Below, one piece after another: positions 25,620 through 41,598 of a DNA stretch of 64,000 bases (positions are counted from its first letter, which is position 1; each line of letters begins with the position of its first letter). The position numbers and the translations under genes were made by a program. Under the pieces are notes generated by a model. That model was not told where the DNA came from and did no database searches. It saw nothing but the letters and a program-made list of their open reading frames with translations. The stretch comes from the human T2T-CHM13v2.0 reference genome, Homo sapiens, in assembly GCF_009914755.1 (NCBI RefSeq), contig NC_060947.1; one strand, written 5' to 3'.

Positions 25620-27514
25620 GCCCACTTTTTGATGGGATTGTTTATGTTTTTCTTGTTGACTCATCTGAGTTCCTTGTAGACTCTGGATATTAGTCCTTTA
25701 TCGGATGAATAGTTTGCAAAGATTTTCCCCCATTCTGTGGGTTGTCCGTTTATTCTGCTGATTACTTCTTTTGCTGTGCAGAAGTTTTTTTAGTATAATT
25801 AAGTTCCATCTATTTATCTTTGTGTTACATTTGCTTTTAGGTTCTTGATCACGAAGCCTTTGCCTAAGCCAATGTCTAGAAGGGTTTTCCTGATGTTATC
25901 TTCTAGAATTTTTATGGTTTTAGGTCTTAGGTTAAAGTCTTTGATCCATCTTGAATTGATTTTTGTATAGGGTGAGAGATGAGGATCCAGTTTCATTCTT
26001 CTACACATGGATTGCCAGTTATCCCAGCATCATTTGTCGAGTAGAATGTCCTTTTCCTACTTTATATTTTTGTTTGCTTTCTTGAAGATCAGTTGGCTGT
26101 AATATTTGGATTTACTTCTGAGTTTTCTATTCTCAGCTCCATTGGTCTATGTGCCTATTTTTATGCCAGTGCTATGCTGTTTTGGTGACTATATCCTTGT
26201 AGTCTAGTTTGAAGTCAGGTAATGTGGTGCCTCCAGATTTGTTCTTTTTGCTCAGTCTTGCTTTGGCTATGCAGGCTGTTTTTTGGTTCCATATGAATTT
26301 TAGTATTATTTTTACTAATTCTATGAAGAATGATGATGGTATTTTCATGGGAATTGCATTGAGTTTGTAGATTGCTTCTTGCAGTATCATCATTTTCACA
26401 ATATTGATTCTACCCATCTATGAGCATATGATGTGTTTTCATTTCTTTGTGTTATCTATGATTCCTTTCAGAAGGGTTTTATAGTTTTCCTTGTAGAGGT
26501 CTTTTACCTCCTTGGTTAGGTATATTCCTAAGTATTTTTTGAGCTGTTGTAAAAGGGGTTGAGTTTTTGATTCGATTCTCATTTTGGTCACTGTGGGTGT
26601 ACAGCAGTGCTACTGATTTGTGTACATTGATTTTTTGTCCTGAAACTTTACTGAATTCATTTATCAGTTCTAAAAGTGGGCTAAGGACATGAATAGAAAA
26701 TTCTCAAAAGAAAATATGCAATGGCCAACAAACGTATGAAAAATGTTCAATGTCACTGATTATCAGGGAAATGCAAATCAAAACCAAAATGTGATACCAC
26801 CTTACTCGTGCAAAAATGGCCTTAATGAAAAAAATAAAAAATAATAGATGTTGGCATGGATGTGGTGAAAGGGAACACTTTTACACTTCTGGTGGGAATG
26901 CAAACTAGTACAACCACTATGGAAAACAGTGTGGAGTTTCCTTAAAGAACTAAAATTAGATCTGCCATTTGATCCAGCAATCCCACTACTGGGGATCTAC
27001 CCAGAGGAAAAGAAGTCATTATATGAAAACGACACTTGCACACACGTTTATAGCAGCACAATTCACAATTGCAAAAATATGGAACCAGCCCAAACACCCA
27101 ACAATCAACAAGTGGAAAATGAAAATGTTATATACACACACACACCATGGAATACTACTCAACCATAAAAAGGAACAAAATAATGGCACAGCAACCTGGA
27201 TGGAGCTGGAGACCATTATTCTAGATGAATTAAATCAGGAATCGAAAACCAACCATCATATGTTCTCACTTATAAGTGGAGATAAGCTATGAGGACACAA
27301 AGGCATAAGAATGATACAACGGACTTTGGGGACATTGAGGGAAGAAAGAGAGGGAAGCAAGGGATATAAGACTACACATTGGGTACAGTGTAGGTTGCTC
27401 ATGGGATGGGTGTACCAAAATCTCAGAAATCACCACTAAAGAACATATCCATGTAACCAAACACAACCTGTTCCCCAAAAACCTATTGGAATTAAAATAA
27501 ATAAATAAATAAAT
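25620..27514 (+). mobile_element. L1PB1-like LINE-1 with 5' inversion (25620-26671 antisense, 26672-27514 sense)
   Basis: Antisense ORF2 peptides then sense ORF2 end and L1PB 3'UTR (GCTATGAGGACACAAAGGCATAAGAATGATAC); ~22-bp TSD with 2 mismatches at 25598-25619 and 27515-27536. Confidence 0.93.
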
Positions 27515-29469
27515 AAAAATGTACACTGGAAGAAATAAATAGTTAACCAAATTCTTTCAGCACACACATCTTAGTATAATCTGGGAATAAATCTGACAAT
27601 TTTTACATCATTTGAGAATGTAGTATAGGGCTCCCATAATGCCTAGTTTCTTGCTATTCCTGTTCTGCATTATACTTTTTCAAGAGTCTGTCCTTCAGTA
27701 ACAATTTACTGAGAGATACAGAACAGATTGGATTTTAGGTAAAATTATGAAGAAACCCTAATTAATCTTTAATAAAATCTTCTCCCCTCTTCACTTCTGT
27801 ACAGCTTCACCCAAGGCCTGCATGCACACCTGTATCTTGACTTCTAAAAGAACTCCCATACAATATCTTCCCAGAGGTTTTGCAGGAGAGGACAAATAGT
27901 GTGTTTCATATCCTACTAATGATTAAGTCAGTTTTAGTCATTTGAGGTCCATTAAAATAAATGGTATAACCTCACCCCCCATAGGCAAAATTAAAAATTA
28001 AAGACTAATATTTAGAAGACAAGAAATAGAAATAATCCAACTGTGTTTAATTATGTGCGGCTTGAATAAATAAATAAAAATAAAAACAAAAAAGAGGAAA
28101 ATAACTCTTCTTCAATAATTTTCATGAGTAATCCTTTTAAATCAATGTAAATTTTTTTATTTTCTATTTTTTCTTCTTTGAATAAATTACAAATCTGTGC
28201 AAAAAAAAAAAAAAAAACACAGTCCCTTCTCAGAGTCAGCATTTATGCATCATGTAGTCAAAGGAGTCATCCCCTAATAGTGAAAGCTATCCCTTCAGTT
28301 CTCTCTTTGTTGTGTTATCTAAGGCCTTTTCACAACTTAAATTTAAATGATCTGAAAAATTCAATGTACTAATGTCTATTAAAGAATATTACATTTTACT
28401 TTTTATTGGTCATATATTCTACTTCACGATGGAGCAGTGGTGGGGAAGGTGTTTTTTAGTCAGGTACTAGTCCAGGCCAGTCGAGGGAGTTATTTGGAAT
28501 CAGGAAGACCTTGTAGATTGCCGACCATGCACTGAACCTATATAATGAACCACAGTAGCAGGCAGATATTTTATGGTTCAGCAAATCTCTACCCAAAGCT
28601 GACAGGAGCTATGAATCAAAAAGAGGAAATAAGATAAAAAGCAGAAGGAAATTTGGTTTCTACTGGTGCATGATTTTGTTCCTTGAAATATGAGAGGAGT
28701 GAATTTGGTAAAATAAATCTGAATTTTGGCCCATCATGTGCCTTTGCCACTAGTCTTTCACTACTGGATGGGCTTGATAATGCTGATAAAAGAGCAAGTT
28801 CTTGATTTTTGTTTGACACGCCAGTGGACATCTCTTAGGAGCCCTGCATATTTGAAGAAAGGACGTTCTCTTTGTTTACAATACATTAGAAGGCAGTAAC
28901 GGTGACTTTTAAGAAGGCTTTGAAGTAGGTTCTTTAAAAAGTAAAAGAAAAACACACAGAAAAATCACAAGAATTTTCAAGACATTTAAGAAAGAAAATA
29001 TAAATCGTATGGCCTCTCAATCCTGACAGTTTTCTTAAGTAGAATATTATATTTAATTATATATATGTTGACTTAAGGATAAGTATCTATTTAATCTTCT
29101 TAATTTCCATCATTTGGTACATTCTGACAGAAGAAAAAATACATTACCTTTGATATATCATACAGTATATTACATCTATGTATGAAGCGTATCAAGTATA
29201 ATATGCTACAACTGCATTGAGATAATGAATGAAATTTGTTTGTAGTATTTTCTATCAAAGTGGAAAAGAAAAACTAAATATATTGCTTCCTGCAAGAATA
29301 AAAATATTTATATATCTAAACATAATAAATTAAACACATTTTATGCATGTAAAAGACAAAAATTTGATTTGAAATATGTTTTGTTGGTTTTAATACTATA
29401 GATATATGATTTATAAATACTAATTTTGGAAAGTAAGTTCAATTTACAAAGCAAAATGCAATCTACTCA

Positions 29470-30676
29470 CAGTCATGCACCACTTAACAATGGGGATACG
29501 TTCTGAAAAATGTGTCTGCCAATTTGTCTTTGTGCAAACATCATAGAATGCACTTACATAAACCTAGATGGTCTAACCTACTGCACACCTAAACTATATA
29601 ATATTGCTTCTAGACTACAAACCTATACAGCAGGTTACAGTTTTGAATACTGTAGGCAACTGTAACATAATAGTATTTGTGTATCTAAACATACCTAAAT
29701 GTAGAAAAAGTACAGTAAAAATACAGTATAAAAGATTACACCTTTATAGTGCACGTACCATGAATGGAGTAACTTTCAAAACTGGAAGTTGCTCTCGGTG
29801 AGTCAGTGGGTGAGTGGTGAGTAAATGTGCACACCTAGGATATTATTGTTTACTATTGTACACTTTATTAATACTGTACACTTAGGCTACACTAGATTTA
29901 CTAAAAAAAATTTTTCTTTCTTCAAAATAAGCAGCTTACTCTAACTTTTGTACTTTATGAACTTTAAATTTTTAACTGTTTGATTCTTTTGTAATCACAC
30001 GTAGCTTAAAACACAAACATATTGTGAAGCTGTACAAAATATTTTCTTTTTTATATTCTTATCTGATAAGCTTTCTTCTATTTTTAATTTTTAATTGTCT
30101 ATTTTTTTACTTTTTAAATTTTTTATTAAAAATGAAGACATGAACCCACACATTAGCCTGGCTTACACAGGGTCAGGATCATCAATAACACTGTCTTCTG
30201 CCTCCACATCTTGTCCCACTGGAAGGCCTTTGGGGGCAATAATACACATGGAGCTTCCACCTTCTATGATAACAATGTCTTTTTTCTGGAATACCTCCTG
30301 AAGGACCTGCCTGGGCTGTTTTACAGTTAACTCTTTTCTAAATAAGGAGTACACTCTAATCATAAAGGTATAGTATAGTATAGTATAGTATTAATAGTAA
30401 TAAATACATTAACCTGTAATGTAATCGTTTATTATCATTATCAAGTATTGTACACTGTACATAATTGTATGTGCTGTCCTTCTATATGAATAGCAGCACA
30501 GTAGGTTTGTTCACACTGGCATCACCATAAGTACATGGCAATGTTTTGTACTATGACATTTTGACAGCTACAATGCCACCAGGCAACAGGAATTTTTCAG
30601 CTTCATTATAATCTTAAGGAACCACTATCACATATGTGATTTGTCATTGACCCAAACATTATGGGCTGTATGACTG
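29470..30676 (-). mobile_element. Tigger3b/MER7-type DNA transposon, near full length (~1.2 kb)
   Basis: Terminal inverted repeats CAGTCATGCA... / ...TGTATGACTG followed by TA; inverse of the copy at 15240. Confidence 0.9.
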
Positions 30677-30843
30677 TATTTGCATTTGTTTTAATGACAA
30701 GTAAAAACTCTTCAAAAGTAGAATTCTTATTTTAAATATATTTCTATCTTCTTCAGTGCCTAACACAAGCTCTTGCACATGTGATATTTTAGAGTTTTAT
30801 AGTTGAGCCCTATTTATTTCCTAAAGGATTTGAAGAAACTATC

Positions 30844-31243
30844 TGTTTTTGATAGAATGATTGTGTCCCTCCAAAATTCATATGTTGAAGCCCTAACTCC
30901 CAGTGTGATGGTATTTGGAGATGGGGCCTTCCAGAGGTAATTAGGATGAGATGAGGTCATGACAGTAGAGCCCCCTAGTGCCCTTATAAGAAGAGACACC
31001 AGAACTCGCTCTTTCACTCTGTTTCTCTCTCTCTCTCTCTCTCTCTCTGTCTTCTCTCTGTTTCTGCACATGCACAAAGAAAGGGGTCATGTGAGCACAC
31101 AACCTACAAACCAAGAGGCCTCAGGATGTAATCTGTTTTGTTGGCACCCTGACCTTGGACATTCCAGCCTCCAGAACTACGAGAAATAAATTTCTGTTGT
31201 TTAAGCCTCCCAGTCTGTTACGGCAGCCTGAGGTGACTAAAAC
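30844..31243 (+). mobile_element. MLT1A/MLT1A0 solo LTR with internal (CT)n
   Basis: GTCCCTCCAAAATTCATATGTTGAAGCCCTAA...AATAAATTTCTGTTGTTTAAGCC; 5-bp TSD CTATC at 30839-30843 and 31244-31248. Confidence 0.92.
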
Positions 31244-32257
31244 CTATCAAAATAAAGTGTAATGCAATTCATGATAATTAATATGATAAACAGAATAGGG
31301 ATCATCAAAGAGATCTGGAGAAACTTAATGTTCTTGGGTACCTGAGATATATTAGTTACTACTGTTTGGGACTGACATTTTCTTCATTTTCTAGCTACTA
31401 AGACACAATGGGAAACATGCTGGATTACATAGTATTGATGATTTGAAAAAAAAAAGCAAACATTCTACTCATTTTAAAACTTTGTCTAGAATGATAACAC
31501 CAAAATATAGAAGCTAGGTGGAAAAGCCTCAGGAGCCAGCCCAAGGGTTATGATTAAATACATCAATCCAATAGAAGGCCTAAGGTGTGGGTGGCATTTG
31601 AATAAGAGCCATTAAGTCACCCACAGAAACAAGTTTTCACCCTCTCTCACTTTGAAAAGGTGTCCTATGTCTAGTCGAATAAGCATCAACCTTCACTGTT
31701 GGAAAGGTCCAATAGTTCAAAAATAACTTTTACCAATTTTGCTGAAATGCCTAAATGTCCACTTAAGATTGGAGGGAAACTGTCTCCAATAATTTACCAT
31801 TAAGATGCAGATTAAACTTCTCATTTAATAAATGTCAAAAACTTTTAAAAATGTTTCAGTATGCATGGAAGTTTATTTTATGCAGTGACAACTGATATGA
31901 GAAAATATTTGGGAAATTTTTTATAAAAAGAAAATTTAAATGAATGTTGCAATATTCTTTTAGGATTGTGAGCTATGCACTAATTTTGAACACAAAAAAA
32001 CTTTTTGTCTTGCAGTAAGTAGCCAGTGAACATATTTTTGTTTATTTTAGAATTTTTTTAGAATTATAGAATACAAGTTTTTCATGTTCTGGACATCTAT
32101 CACCATTTGACTTCGACTAAACTGTAAATGGTATAGGAAATTGGGCTGATTGCTTATTGATATCTGTCATGACATACCCTGAGATTTTCTTTCTTGATTA
32201 AACCCTTACTATCACAAAGCTGTCTGCTAACTTGCCTCTTTCTTCTAAAAATTGAGT

Positions 32258-32540
32258 ATGGATACTACAATGGTAGACAGATAACATTGTACATTTATCC
32301 AAACCCTTCAAATGTATAATAAATACCAAGAGTGAACCCTAAGGTCAAATATGAACTTTGAGTGATTACAATATGTCAGTGTAGGTTCACCAATTTTAAC
32401 AAACCACTCTGGTGGGGAATGTTGATGACAGAGGAGGCTATGCACGTGTGGAAGGCAGGGAGTATATGGGAAATCTGTATCTTTCTCTCAACTTTTTTGT
32501 GAACCTGAAACTGCTCTACAAAATAAAATGTTCCTAAAAA
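32258..32540 (+). mobile_element. L1MC1/2-like 3'UTR fragment
   Basis: CCAAGAGTGAACCCTAAGGTCAAATATGAACTTTG...CACTCTGGTGGGGAATGTTGATGACAGAGGAGGCTATGCA. Confidence 0.85.
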
Positions 32541-33106
32541 ATGGATAGAGAAAAATGAATTTCAATGTGTGAATGTTTTTGATTAACTATACTCAAATTA
32601 ATTGGTGTGTTATTGCTTCACGAGAAACAATACATAGGGAAAGAAAAAGGCAGACCCAAAATATTTTTTTAAATTAAAATCACTGTCCAATTCACAATCA
32701 TAAACAAATACTGCAATACTCAATTAATTGCCTTCTTTCAAAATTCTTTCCAAAATGTTTCCACAAACTAGTTGTCACTGTATAAAAGAAGTTGCTATAT
32801 GTACAATGGTAACCATGTTATCCTTCATATTATCTGCATAATGCATGCTTAATTCATTCTTGTGCAAAACATAATTGGAATGTAGCAAAATTTAGCCTCT
32901 CCAAAGCATCATTATTATATGAAATGCATACAGTCAAAGCATAGATACTGCCACAGTGGGGGAAAAAAGGAAGAAAATAAAGAGAAAAAAAGAATTTGGT
33001 TGCTATTATTTGAGGATTGCATGACCACTAAATCCGTCATAAATAGTTTTAAATAAACTGTGTGACTTACAGAATCCTAGCCTTCCTAGTTTGTGTCCCT
33101 ACTTTA

Positions 33107-33125
33107 TGGCCAAAAGGTGGCACTG
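33107..33125 (+). promoter_or_regulatory. CTCF-like motif TGGCCAAAAGGTGGCACTG
   Basis: Matches core CCASYAGRKGGCRS at 12 of 14 positions, in repeat-free sequence; binding untested. Confidence 0.4.
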
Positions 33126-36100
33126 TTCCATTTATTATGAGTTTGGCATCTAGTCCATGGTGCTGTAGTCAGTCACTCTGTAATGTTCACTGAAACTAGC
33201 AAGGCGTTCATCATTAACCATTCTGCTTCACAGGCCCTGATATCAAAAGGATCATACCAGCAGCTACTCTGACATAACTCATTAAGAAACTGTTGTAAAT
33301 AAGAATCTTGTAGAAAAGCATAGCGGCAGGTTAAATCAGCTCCCCTACCTTGGAAGGAAACTAAATCCTTGTGGCTGACCTGCTGTTGGGAAGAAATAAA
33401 TTACTATTTGCATCACAAAGGATGGAGGCATTCCACCAAGCAGGGAGACAGCTACAGTTAAGACTCTGTGGCATTTGATTCACTTTTCTCTCCAAGCCCC
33501 ATCCAAGCAAGGTGATTTATTCTCATGAGCAATGACTGAAATGTTTACTTATTCACCTGGTCAGGCAGCCAGCCACATGCACATCTTAAACAGCTATGGG
33601 AAAATGGTTTTAACTGACCTTAGAGGATCCTGATTAAAAGCAAGACAGGTGTCTAACTTTCTGAAACAAATTAGCTAAATGAAAAAAAGAAAAACCTAAC
33701 TGGAGACTTTACCCAGTGTCTCATCAGCATGCAACAACAGTTCTTTATGGTTTAAATCAAACAAGAAAAAGAAGATCCTAATACAAATGCAGAAGCGATC
33801 AGTGAAATGTCCCATCGCCTACTACACAGTCAGCAGCAGGGGATAGAGAAAGGGGTTGTTCAATATCTCTTCTTTTTGGTAGAAACATGATGGCTATGAA
33901 TGAAGAAGTAAGATGCAGCTCCCTAAGCATTATACTCTACAAAATACTAACAGTATACTAAACATAACAGCATTCCATTTTAACAGCTTGTATTTATGTT
34001 AAATTTTTCCCCATCTCATAGATTCATTTTAAGTTTTAAACCTGGCTGTAACAAAGGATGGCAACAGAGTTGTTTACACTGTAAAGATATATTTAATCTT
34101 TATTTCTTTGTCAGTAATTACATTCTGAGGTCAAAACACAATGGAATAATTACCTGAGTAACATTAGGCAAAAATGAAAAAAAAAAACAGAATCTGCATT
34201 ATTTGTATAATAGAATTCTTCAATTTTTCACTTTTTGCTCTGACAGTGGAAATGTGACCTTTTAATGCAATGGTATAGCACAGCTGAAATGGCTCATGTT
34301 GTTAGGAATGAAAGAGAGCCCAGTCAAATTCAAATGATGAAATTCTCTAATTACTGAAACATATAGCAGAGCACCTGCCTACTCTCCATCCCTGCCCCAG
34401 CACATACAGTACTCTAGTGTATGGCCTTTTGTTGAACACTCAACGCACTTGGTAGCTAGGACGTTGCTTTGGGAACAAAAAGGAGGATGCTTTCTGAAAT
34501 CACAGGTCAGGAAGCTTGCAATCACATGCATTAGGGAACAGGTAAAAATCTCACTATTATGAAAAGGGGACTTCAGAATTCATTTTTGTTGTAGTGATAT
34601 TTCATTAAAGATCCACAGAAGCTGGGAAAAAATAAGCTGATGCCCAGTCGGTTTCTGTATTTGAATTAAAACGTGAAAAGCAGCATTTTAGATACTGATG
34701 GAAGAAAACAAAGAGGACATAATACATGTGGAGGGGTAGTAGGGGGTGGTAAGAGAAGTTTCATGTAGACACCTACATCCACCCCATCTCAATATCTTAC
34801 TCCTTTTTTTTTTGTGAACTTGCAGGTATATTGTTTTAATACTGTTGTGTACATATTTTGTTCTGGGAGGTAGTGTGGAACTTTGTTTGTTTGTTTGTTT
34901 GTTTTTTTAAACATATTCCTAGTGGTCAAGAAATGTATTCAAGAAATGTATTGGACCTTTTGAGAAGAGAAAGGAGGTGTCAGTAATGGCTACTAGGTAC
35001 TAATTCAAGAGAAATAAAACAACCAGTTATAGCTTATTTCTCCTCCTTTCCCTTCCTGCTCCTACCAGGAGGCAAACAACGCAAAATAAATAAGTGGGCA
35101 CTTTTCATACATTGATGGTAGTCATGTAAAGAGAAATGTGCCTGAAATAATAATTCTCACCTAAAAAGTACTGTCTGAAATAACAATAATAAATAACAAT
35201 ACCACATTTCAATCAATTAACTATAGCTTTTATGGCATTGCATATACACGTGTAATTAAGAGCAAGATAAACATGAAAGAGCCCGTCAAGCACTTGTTCT
35301 AATTTAATCCCCAACCTCTATATGCTATTCACTACATGCCTTACTAATCCACATTTTGGTATGTATATCTCCTCCCATAAATACATATTTCTCTATATTG
35401 CCAGTAAATGGCAATGGTGCTGTATACATAGCAACATTTTAGGAACTTTTTGGTTGCTACTGCTATTAACTCACTTGATTTTTGATATCCAGGATTCCAA
35501 CTAATTTCTAAAATAAATATGGTGACATAAAAAGTCTTTTACAAAAAAATGAACTTGCCCAAGAAATCATAATCTATTAACTAATTAACTAATAACCCGT
35601 TAACTGTTAGTATTAGGTAGAGACGGAAGGATGTGTCCATATCAGAGGTGGTGACCAAAAACACAGTACTAAAAACTGTATGTTTATGATGTTTATGCCA
35701 GGTAAAACCAAGATCAATTTCACAACACAGGCAGTTTCTAGAGGATATACAACTAAGTGCACAGCTGTACAATCTGGAAATCTCATGGAAAATTATTCTT
35801 GTGAGATTGAGCCATCAAAGGCATGTTATCAAACCTAAGTGGTCGTGATAAGCATACCGCCTTTCAGCCAAATCCAAGTTATATGCAGATCTTTTCATCA
35901 CAAATTTAAATGGCACACAAATGTGACTGGTGATATAAAATGTGTTGTAACAACTTATTAGTTGAAATTACCATTTAAATCCCTTTAAGACTGAGTTAAA
36001 TAAAGGAGAAAATCCATACATCCTTTTACTGTGGAAAACATGCTATTACCAAATGTTGGTGGTCTTTGAGAGGGAACGGCAGCAGTGATTACAAAACCAT

Positions 36101-37246
36101 AGAATTTCTGCTGCAGTGTAATGGCTGGAAGATACATTTAACCTAATGCTATTCCAGTCAAGTCAAGGCAACTGTCCCAATAGTTTGCATTTATAAACAG
36201 TTAAGATCCATTTTCAGGCAACTTAATGATTTTCATTTCAAATAATTTCTTGAGTACCATAAAAATAAAGGGTTTCATGATGTTGTTTTACCTTTCATTT
36301 TACTTTAAGGAAGAACTTTTTTGCCCTTCCTATAATATTTAATTCTTTTTTTTTTCACTCATTAGAACCAGAATTGCAGAATTGCAATCATAGCAGTAGT
36401 TAGTAATTGTGGGCAATTTAGACAACACCTACTCTATTTCTACTTCAAGTTAGAAATTATTTGTCCCACTGGTTAGAGTATCGTAATAAGAAGATTTACA
36501 TCATGGGGCAAATTCTCATATGGGTCAGTCAGTTTCATTTCATATTCTAATTACAGAATGTGCCCCTAATTAGTTGTCTGGCTTGTAACTATGTTCCACA
36601 GGTCATAAGACACAAGCAATGAAAATGATTTTGCATACAGCGTCATCCTGCTTCTGACAAAACAACTCAAAGCTGAGTACCTACACACTATAGATTACTG
36701 TGATCTCACAATATTAAGAACATAATATTTCTTATTAAAGCACTTGACCACCATAATATACAGGCTTACTTAATTTTATTGCGCTTTGCTTTATTATGCT
36801 TCACAGATACTGCTTTTTTAAAAACAGTTGAAAGTTTGTGATAACCCCACATCAAGCAAATCTATATTTCCAACAGCATGTGCTCACTTCATGTCTCTGT
36901 GTTACATTTTTGTAATTCTCCCAATATTTCAGGCATTTGCATTACTATTATATCTCTTATGATGACCTATGATCAGTGATATTTGATGTTACTCTTGTAG
37001 TTGTTTTGAAATGCCACAAATGGCACCCATTTAAGACAATGAACTTAATAAATGTTGTGTGTATATTGACTGCTCCACTGATTAGCCCTTCCCCCATCTC
37101 TCTCCCTCTCCTTGGGCTTTCCTAGTTCTTAAGACTTAACAATATTGAAATTAAACCAACTAATAACCCTACAATGGCCTCCTAGCGTTCACGTGAAAGG
37201 AAAAGTAGCATGTCTCTCACTTGAAATCAAAAGCTAGAAATGATTG

Positions 37247-37625
<379 letters not shown>

Positions 37626-37908
37626 CTAACTTGTCAATGCAAAGGAAGAGTTCTTGAAGGAAATTAAAGGTACTCCTGTAGTGAACACATGAATGACAAA
37701 AAGGTGAAACACTCTGATTGCTATTATGGAGAAAGTTGTATTGGTCTGGCTAGAAGATCAAACCAGCCACAACACTCCCTTAAGCCAAAGCCTAATCCAG
37801 AGCAAGGCCCTATCTCTCTTCAATTCTGTGAAGGCCGAGAGAGGTGAAGAAGCTTCACATGAAAAGTTGGAAGCTAAGAGAAATTGGTTCATAAGGTTCA
37901 AGGAAAGA

Positions 37909-39798
<1,890 letters not shown>

Positions 39799-40223
39799 TA
39801 CTTTGAATAAAGCTATAGCTGTCTCTGCTAGATCTGGGCCAAGTACACTGAAAATCTTTTAGAAAGGATTCACCATTCTACATACCATTAAGAACATCTG
39901 TGATTCATTGGAGATCAAAATTAGCCACAGTAAGAGGAATTTGGAAGAAGCTGATTCCAACCCCCATAGACGATTTTGAGGAGTTGAAGACTTCCATGGA
40001 GGAAGTAACTGCAGATATGGTAGAAATAGAAAGAGAATGAGAATTCAAACTGAAGTCTGAAGATGTGACTGAACTGCTGCAATCTTATGATCAAACTCGA
40101 ATAAATGAGGAGCTGCTTCTTATGGATGAGCAAAGAAACTGGTTTCTTCAGATGGAACCTACTCTTGATGAAGATGTTATGAACATTGTTGAAACAATAA
40201 GAAAAAATTATAATATTCTATAG

Positions 40224-40679
<456 letters not shown>

Positions 40680-40707
40680 TGTTGTCTTCTTATCTTAAGA
40701 AATTGTC

Positions 40708-41064
<357 letters not shown>

Positions 41065-41479
41065 TCACCACCCTAATCAGTCAGCAACCATCAATATTGA
41101 GGCAAGACCTTCCAGTAGAAAAAAGGTTATTACTCACTGAAAGCTCAGATAATTGTTAGCATTTTGTGGCAATAAAGGATTTTTCAAATTAAGATATGTA
41201 CATTGTTTTGTTAGACAATGCTATTGCACACTTAATAGAGTATAGTACAGCGTAAGCATGTAAGCATAACTTTATTATGCACTTAGAAACCAAAATATTT
41301 GTGTGACTCACTTTATTGAAGTGGTCTGGAACCATACCTGCAATATCTCTGAGGTATATCTTTATACCTTTTTAACCATGTGCAAAGCACCTATTGTTTT
41401 AATATTTACTTTGTCTGTGCTAATTTTTCTTATTGACTTTTTTATAATTATGTGAACTTAGCTATTGTATTAGGAAAGA

Positions 41480-41598
41480 TTTTTTTAGAGGTCTCACTCT
41501 GTTACCCAGGCTGGCCTCGAATTCCTGGCCTCAAGCGATCCTCCTGCCTTGGCCTTTCAAAGTGTTGGGATTACAGGCATGAGCTGCTGTGCCTGACT
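41480..41598 (-). mobile_element. FLAM (free left Alu monomer)
   Basis: ~118 bp: GGTCTCACTCTGTTACCCAGGCTGGCCTCGAATTCCTGGCCTCAAGCGATCCTCCTGCC...GGGATTACAGGCATGAGC. Confidence 0.85.

Noticed and set aside
34926-34951. Small direct duplications (TCAAGAAATGTAT x2; also 20641-20660, ~7811-7829, ~57278-57299)
   Set aside because: Ordinary slippage micro-duplications.
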